A DNA stretch of 44,378 nucleotides from a virus: the IMG/VR virus record IMGVR_UViG_3300045988_039715, positions 1-44,378 of that record; one strand, 5' to 3'. Every line of letters begins with the position of its first letter. Positions within the stretch are counted from its first letter, which is position 1. The position numbers and the translations under genes are program-made. Below are positions 38,812 through 44,378 of this stretch, one piece after another. The notes beneath the pieces were generated by a model, which did not search any database, was not told the DNA's origin, and was given only the letters and a program-made list of their open reading frames with translations.

Positions 38812-39773
38812 GCTGGCTCGTAGACAGCAAAAGGGAAGGCGTTCTCCAGCCCCGCATTATAGGCGTTGATGGGATTGGGGATCTCCCAGCCCAGCCGCAT
38901 GACGGCACGGAGAGCCACCATGTCATTCTGCATCAGGTTATAAAGGATGTTTCCGGTAGTGGGGTCCTGCACCACACCGCTGTCAAAGATCTTGAAGGTC
39001 ATATCCTGCCGGATGGCATAGACCAACTGGCTCCAGTCGCCCACAATGGCCAGGGATTCCTCCGGGTCAAATGCGCCGTTGACAGGGAAGTACATGGACA
39101 TACCATCCAGCGCGTAGCGGGTATCACCCTGCATATCGGTCTTGAAAATGGGCTGACCGTTCTTGTCCACCAGGCCGCGCAGCTTGGCCCGCATCTGGAT
39201 AGCAGCCATCACACCGTTGGGGATATAGCCGCTCTCCTCCACTTTGGCGATCACGCCGCCCTCACCCATGATGTCCTTGAAAATATCGCTGGTAGCGGTC
39301 ACAACAGCGTTTGCAGTAGTAGCCGAAGGAACCAAGCCCTCACGCCAGGATGTGGGCTTGTCCGTACCATACAGGATGGCGGCGTCGATGACCTTGCCGA
39401 ATGCTTCCTGGAGACGGGGGCGTACTTCACCCCAGATGTCGTAGTTGCTGTCATCCAGCACTGCCTCTGGGATGGGGACGATGACAGCGATCTCCTCGGC
39501 GTAGATTTTCTTCTTGTCCCACGCCATGTTGGTGGTCTTTTTCAGAGACGCCTTGGAGTCGGTCGCCCCGGTGGTCGCCTCTCCGTTGACAAAGTAGGCG
39601 GTGGGCAGTGCGTCCAGCACGTTAAGGGTCTGGGTCTTACTGGTCATGTTGGGCAGCCGACGGGCCATCCGCAGCACGGCGGACTCTGTTACGGCTCCCT
39701 GGATGATCTCACGGGTCACAGGTTCAGGGATAAGCCCGGAAAGTTTACTTCTATCAACAATATCAACAGCCAT
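38802..39773 (-). CDS. major capsid protein (HK97 fold, Phage_capsid family)
   Basis: 323 aa after the scaffold gene. Sequence pattern (for example LNVLDALPTAYFVNGEA, AIVGDWSQLVYAIRQDM) fits HK97-type capsids. Confidence 0.8.
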   Translation of the reverse strand: MAVDIVDRSKLSGLIPEPVTREIIQGAVTESAVLRMARRLPNMTSKTQTLNVLDALPTAYFVNGEATTGATDSKASLKKTTNMAWDKKKIYAEEIAVIVPIPEAVLDDSNYDIWGEVRPRLQEAFGKVIDAAILYGTDKPTSWREGLVPSATTANAVVTATSDIFKDIMGEGGVIAKVEESGYIPNGVMAAIQMRAKLRGLVDKNGQPIFKTDMQGDTRYALDGMSMYFPVNGAFDPEESLAIVGDWSQLVYAIRQDMTFKIFDSGVVQDPTTGNILYNLMQNDMVALRAVMRLGWEIPNPINAYNAGLENAFPFAVYEPAGG

Positions 39774-39786
39774 TTAGGTTCTCCTT

Positions 39787-40287
39787 TCATTTCAGTGCGC
39801 CCCGAATCAGGGCATTCATCAGGTCGTTTTCTCCTGTTTTGGAGCTTCCGCCACCCACAGGAGCGGCCCAGTCAAAAGTGATCTTTTGGCGGTCAGCGGT
39901 CAGGGAATCCACAGCCTGCTCAAAGGTGGTCTTTTCATCCACCATCTTCCCAGCCTTGAAGGCGATAAACTCTGCTTCCTCGCCGGTCAGGCCCTTCTTC
40001 AGAACGTACAGTTCCCGTTTCAACTGGTCCCGCTCGCTTTCTGCGGCGGTCAGTTTGCCGGAGAGGGTGTCCCGCTCGCCGGTCAGCTTATCCCAGCGTT
40101 CTTTCTCACCAGCCTGTCCAGTTTGCCAAGTACGGTAGGCAGTCAGTTCTTCCTCGCTGGGCATCCCCTTCATGGCTTTTGCAAGCCGCTTGCCAATCAT
40201 GGCATCCACTTCCGCCTGAGTGAAGGTTTTCTCAGGGGCGGGCTCCGGCGCAGGGGCCGGGGTAGGGTTATTGATAGGTTCGCTCAT
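39787..40287 (-). CDS. scaffolding protein
   Basis: 166 aa, coiled-coil and acidic with a Pro/Ala-rich N-terminus. Lies immediately before the capsid gene. Confidence 0.7.
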   Translation of the reverse strand: MSEPINNPTPAPAPEPAPEKTFTQAEVDAMIGKRLAKAMKGMPSEEELTAYRTWQTGQAGEKERWDKLTGERDTLSGKLTAAESERDQLKRELYVLKKGLTGEEAEFIAFKAGKMVDEKTTFEQAVDSLTADRQKITFDWAAPVGGGSSKTGENDLMNALIRGALK

Positions 40288-40352
40288 GGTTTTAACCTCC
40301 GTTTATTCGTCACCCCGTCGGGTGCCGTTTAAGGCCCGTCGGCCATGGTTTA

Positions 40353-40400
40353 CAAAAGAAAAAGGGGCCAGCCACCGAGAAATCCTCGGTAGTTGACCCC
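40353..40400 (-). terminator. terminator/attenuator between head-morphogenesis genes and scaffold-capsid genes
   Basis: Outer stem at 40364-40370/40394-40400 encloses the hairpin ACCGAG/CUCGGU, followed by UUUUUCUUUU on the minus strand. Confidence 0.4.
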
Positions 40401-40448
40401 GTTCGGTCCTTCCCGGCAACCGTTTATGCCGTGGGAACAATTTTCACT

Positions 40449-40634
40449 TTATAAGTCTTTTCTCCAGACGGTTCTTACTTTCACATTCCCATCTCTCTGT
40501 GGAGAAATTTCTATACGAGCGCCTTTTTCGAGTGCTTTTTCCATTTTTTTGATTGTAACTCCGTCGAACAATTTCCCTTTAAGCCCTTTTGCGTCTTGGG
40601 GCGTTACAATCATTTCTTCCCCAATTTCCATCAA
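40449..40634 (-). CDS. small hypothetical protein
   Basis: 61-aa ORF coupled to the upstream gene. Confidence 0.5.
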   Translation of the reverse strand: MMEIGEEMIVTPQDAKGLKGKLFDGVTIKKMEKALEKGARIEISPQRDGNVKVRTVWRKDL

Positions 40635-41797
40635 TACTCCACCTTCATCCTTTCCCGCTGCAACGGCAGCCCCGCCGCCTTGCTGAATGCCTTGTATTCC
40701 TGATTCAGCCGCCGGATGCGAGCCGTTACCGCCTGAGCATCTTCTTCCAGCCCTGCGGCCTTGTATGCCGCCTGTTCCCGTTTCAGCTTGCGGACAGTCC
40801 GCTCGATCTGCCGCTGCTTCTGGGTGGCCTCATAGGCTGTATAGTGCTTTCCTTCAAAGTCAACGTCGTGGCCATCGTCGATGTGGGCCAGCTCCTCATC
40901 GGTGTATGTGCGCTCCATCACACCATCCACAAATGCAGTCCTGATATGACGGCAGTTTGCTCCTTCCAGTCCATCCACATAACCAAGGCCGCACACCTCG
41001 TAGATGTTCGGATACTTGTCCCCGGCTCTGACAGAGTACACACGGCCCTGCCATAGCTTGTGGTTCTGCCATCCGACACCCTTATCCCGTGCCCCGATGT
41101 GGGCGGACGCTTCAAAATAAGGTGTTTCCAGATACTCTGCGCTCTGCTCCGTGTACTTGGCACAGAGCTGGGATATGCCTGTCATCACTGCACGACGGGC
41201 AGCCACGTCAATTTGGTCTCGGTGCCCGCTCTCGTAATCCACAATCTTGATACCGCTGTCCGCAAGCTGTTTGACGGCGCTTTTGATGGCTTGATTGTAA
41301 GAGATAGCCCCGCTCGTGATCTGCATTTCAGCGTTATCCAGCGCCCATTGATAGGCTTTTGCAGGCTTCAGCATCGTCCGCCCATTGTCCACCAGAAATC
41401 CCATGGAGCGGGTTAGGTTTCCAACCTCCCGCTGTGCCTGTGCCATGATGGCGGCAATCTCGGTGACACTCACAAGCATTTCAGGTGCCGTCACCCCCGC
41501 AAGGTCTATGACCTCTCGGTAGTACCGCTGGTTACGCTCTACTACGTCGTCCAGCAGCTTTTTAAGGTCCCGCTGGCTGATGTTGGCGGTGCGTTGGATG
41601 GCCTTTTCGATTTCCTCCAGGCTGATGCCGTGGGAGCGAAGCGCCCGGATGTCCTGCACCGTGACCTCGTTCAACTCGCCAGTCAGTTTCAGCCGGGAGC
41701 ATATCTCGTTAAGGAGGGTCGCTTCCAGACTGCGGTACAGCTCGGCCATCTCTTCCGGGAGGGCATCGAGAAGTTCCGGGGTGAATGGATATCTCAT
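40631..41797 (-). CDS. minor capsid/head morphogenesis protein (minor capsid protein 2 / SPP1 gp7-like)
   Basis: 388 aa directly after the portal. Contains a GANCRH motif. Confidence 0.65.
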   Translation of the reverse strand: MRYPFTPELLDALPEEMAELYRSLEATLLNEICSRLKLTGELNEVTVQDIRALRSHGISLEEIEKAIQRTANISQRDLKKLLDDVVERNQRYYREVIDLAGVTAPEMLVSVTEIAAIMAQAQREVGNLTRSMGFLVDNGRTMLKPAKAYQWALDNAEMQITSGAISYNQAIKSAVKQLADSGIKIVDYESGHRDQIDVAARRAVMTGISQLCAKYTEQSAEYLETPYFEASAHIGARDKGVGWQNHKLWQGRVYSVRAGDKYPNIYEVCGLGYVDGLEGANCRHIRTAFVDGVMERTYTDEELAHIDDGHDVDFEGKHYTAYEATQKQRQIERTVRKLKREQAAYKAAGLEEDAQAVTARIRRLNQEYKAFSKAAGLPLQRERMKVEY

Positions 41798-43215
41798 TCA
41801 ATCTCCTCTTCCTCCTCGTCTGTCATATCCTCCATCTTCGGCAGCATCTTCTTTGCCGTAGCCTCGTCCTCATTCATCCACTTAGATCGGAACTCCCAGT
41901 CATTCATGATACCGGCGTTCAGAAGTTGCATATCCCTGGCGAAATCAGACTGCTTGTCCTCGATGATAGAGTCATCAAAGTCAATGGAAATCTCCACGTC
42001 CTCATTTAGTCCGGCATTCATGGCCGTGTTTCCCAGGCGGAGAATGATCCGGCACAGCTCGGTCAATACCTGCTCCAGAATGATTTCATGTTTCTTGATC
42101 GTACGGAACATGGTGCTGTTTTCGCTGATGACCTGCGTCGCTGTGGCCACGCTACCCTGGTCGAATCTGTAATGATTCTCTCCGAAGCCGCACTTGCTGG
42201 ACAGCAAATTGAGCTGGTCCTGGATTCCTGTATTGTGCTCCTGCGTCCGAAGGGTCATATCGATGGGGGTGATGATCCCGTTATTGTCCGTATCCTCCGG
42301 GAGCACATAATATGTCAGGTCGTCTGGGTCGAAAAAGGGCTCTCCATCCATGTCCTTTGTAGCTGATGGCTTTACCATGATACGCTTTTTCCCCAGGATG
42401 AACTCGTTTACATAGCTGTCATAAGCCACGTCCACGCCCTTGAGCACGTCGATGGCGTTGGCAAACACAGAGATGCCAAGAGGAATATTATCGTCGTAGT
42501 TGTTGGCGATGTTGGGCCGGTCAATGACAAACTGCCGACGGTCCGACCCAGTATGTACCACCTGTGGAACCCGCTCAAAGCCTGACACATCAGCCAGTAA
42601 AACTTCCGCATCCACATTGTTGTTCCGGTATCTGTAGAGCCGGTTCTCAATGTCGTACAGGCCGTCGACCTTGTGGTGGATCTGGAGGTAGCAGTAATCC
42701 TCTCCGTTGATGGTAACGATGCTGTCAAAAGCGCACTCCGTAATGATTCCATTCCGCCATGCCAGCGGCCAAATGTGCTCTACGGTCACATAGTCCATCA
42801 CAATTCCGTCGGCGCTTCCGGGGACAGGCCCTTCTTCCGTGGCCTCCATGCCTACAACCCTGGGGATAAAGGCTACTGTTCCAAGGGCAAACGCCTTTTC
42901 CTGCATCTCGTTTGCTTTGACCAGGAAATTGTTTTCGGTGAACACACGGTCAATGAAGTCCTGCTCCCGCTGGCCCTCCAGGGTGATTTCAACCCGCTCG
43001 TTCATAAGTAGGTTCGCCCAATCCTCCGGGATTTTCTTGCCCATATTGAGAGTGTACCGCTTGCACCGAACCACACTAGTCCCGTTGTGGACCTTGTACC
43101 TGTGGAATCCCTTCACGTCGCCCACATACCAAGACTTCCACTCCTGCACTTTTGTGTAAAACTCCTCCGGCACCGTGGAGTAACCAAGCTCTTTCAGTTT
43201 TTCTGTAATATTCAT
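41794..43215 (-). CDS. portal protein (SPP1 gp6-like)
   Basis: 473 aa directly after terL, with an acidic C-terminus. Confidence 0.8.
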   Translation of the reverse strand: MNITEKLKELGYSTVPEEFYTKVQEWKSWYVGDVKGFHRYKVHNGTSVVRCKRYTLNMGKKIPEDWANLLMNERVEITLEGQREQDFIDRVFTENNFLVKANEMQEKAFALGTVAFIPRVVGMEATEEGPVPGSADGIVMDYVTVEHIWPLAWRNGIITECAFDSIVTINGEDYCYLQIHHKVDGLYDIENRLYRYRNNNVDAEVLLADVSGFERVPQVVHTGSDRRQFVIDRPNIANNYDDNIPLGISVFANAIDVLKGVDVAYDSYVNEFILGKKRIMVKPSATKDMDGEPFFDPDDLTYYVLPEDTDNNGIITPIDMTLRTQEHNTGIQDQLNLLSSKCGFGENHYRFDQGSVATATQVISENSTMFRTIKKHEIILEQVLTELCRIILRLGNTAMNAGLNEDVEISIDFDDSIIEDKQSDFARDMQLLNAGIMNDWEFRSKWMNEDEATAKKMLPKMEDMTDEEEEEIE

Positions 43216-44378
43216 GCCGTTATTCCCATCCTTCGGAATACTCTCTCCAGGGCATATCTAGTAGCGTCAATCAGGTGATTGTTCTCATCAGGATAACCGC
43301 TGATAATTTCTCCGTCCTTATTTCGCTCATACTCATAATTCACAAACTCGTTGTATGCATTTGGCGTTCTTCTGCGGTCAATGACAATCTTCCGCCTCTG
43401 GAGCCACTTCATGCCGTACTCTACACTCCCAGAGCCTTTAATTGCTTCTTTGGCTGGGAGCCCCATCGCCCGATAGTCTGCTGATGATTTAGGCTCTGCG
43501 CTGTCGCAGGTAATGTAAGCGTCCTTGTACCCTTTGGAAAGAATCAACTTCCCGCTCGCCTCGTTGGTCAGCTTATTTTGGTATATCTCGTCCATCAGAT
43601 AAATCGTCTCTCTGGCCCGATCATAGTGGAGGCGGATAAAGGCGAAGGGGTCTGGAAACCAACCCCAGTCCACACCTTGGTAAATACGGTCAAAGGAAGC
43701 GAACTCTTCGTCCGTAATTTCCCTCAACTCCAGATTCTCAAATACGTTGCCGCCAGTACCGACCGCTTCGCCCAAGTATTCATGGCGATAGGCTCTCTCG
43801 TCCGTGGTCTTCAGGTGCTCGGCTTCTGCCAGAAACTGCGCTCCCAGCCACTCTGGCGGGGCCTCAAGGTATGTACTCTTGTGGCACAGCCTGTCCACCC
43901 GCTCCTCCAAACTGTCCTTGTTGGCCCAGTTATCCCGGCTGATTGGTGGATTGTAGCTCTCAAAATTCCAGAACTTCGACCCACCTCGCATGGTAGATTG
44001 CAGTATAGTTCGGATCTCAGCCCGACCAGCGAACTGATCTTTCTCCTCAAAATGGGTGACGGCGATATAGCCAAAGGGAACCTTGATAGACTTGATTTTC
44101 ATGGGATCATCCGCGCCCCGGAACATAATTTTCTGGCCGGTTGGCCTATAAATCAGTTCCATAGGCTGCACCTTTGCATCCCAGTATGCTGCCATTCCAA
44201 GCTCTCCAATACCCCAGAGATATTGTGCGTATACACTGTCTCGAATCGTATTAGCTACCTTTCGGAGCACAAGGGCGTGAGTCCCTGGGTTGTTTATCAG
44301 CAGCAACGGAACTAGTAAGGACACACAGGAAGATTTCAGTGAGCCTCGGCCACCGGACAGGTCGTAGTGTGTATGTCC
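43212..44378 (-). CDS. terL: terminase large subunit, main body (N-terminus at 1..127 across the junction)
   Basis: The ORF is open to the window end. Motifs FRGADDP, ITCDSAEPKS and NHLIDATRYA fit the ATPase and nuclease parts of PBSX-type large terminases. Confidence 0.85.
   Translation of the reverse strand, partial: GHTHYDLSGGRGSLKSSCVSLLVPLLLINNPGTHALVLRKVANTIRDSVYAQYLWGIGELGMAAYWDAKVQPMELIYRPTGQKIMFRGADDPMKIKSIKVPFGYIAVTHFEEKDQFAGRAEIRTILQSTMRGGSKFWNFESYNPPISRDNWANKDSLEERVDRLCHKSTYLEAPPEWLGAQFLAEAEHLKTTDERAYRHEYLGEAVGTGGNVFENLELREITDEEFASFDRIYQGVDWGWFPDPFAFIRLHYDRARETIYLMDEIYQNKLTNEASGKLILSKGYKDAYITCDSAEPKSSADYRAMGLPAKEAIKGSGSVEYGMKWLQRRKIVIDRRRTPNAYNEFVNYEYERNKDGEIISGYPDENNHLIDATRYALERVFRRMGITA
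44324..44378. repeat. terminal overlap identical to 1..55
   Basis: Same 55-mer as the window start. Confidence 0.95.

Overview
The window is one complete, circularly assembled temperate phage genome. Its first 55 nt recur exactly at 44324..44378, so the unique length is 44323 bp and the large-terminase gene wraps the junction. All protein calls were made by eye from motifs and gene order; no searches were run.

Nearly all genes are on the minus strand. The early operon starts at a Cro-like gene (~18.1 kb) and runs down to ~1.3 kb. It encodes two ParB-fold proteins, a Sak4-type ATPase, a PD-(D/E)XK nuclease, a DUF669-type SSB, an ERCC4 nuclease, a CHC2 zinc-finger protein, an SF3 helicase, a short C5-methyltransferase-like protein, a Lar-like protein, a clamp-like protein, a radical SAM protein, YopX and DUF551.

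Across the junction come terS/terL, portal, minor capsid, scaffold, HK97-type capsid, connectors, major tail protein, chaperones, tape measure, baseplate and fibres. A lysis cassette follows (XhlA-like, Hol44-like holin, amidase). After a terminator lies an 8-gene island of low-complexity, Cys-rich proteins next to attP.

The plus strand carries a CI-like repressor, an ImmA-type protease, a tyrosine integrase and four small self-contained opposite-strand cassettes (morons).

Most notable observations:
- a ~700-nt ORF-free, hairpin-dense region with an embedded tRNA-like element just upstream of terS
- a -1 frameshift site on the capsid stop codon that would add a cadherin/Ig-like domain
- a near-consensus promoter with a GAAC-N4-GTTC LexA box driving a ~75-nt terminated transcript
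- a second promoter-to-terminator cassette antisense within the lysis cassette
- GGTTAC iterons flanking an AT-rich core
- the uncharacterised post-lysis island

A Firmicutes/Clostridia host is inferred from GGAGG ribosome-binding sites, the Cheo-type LexA box, the ImmA/XhlA/Hol44-type genes and the promoter style.
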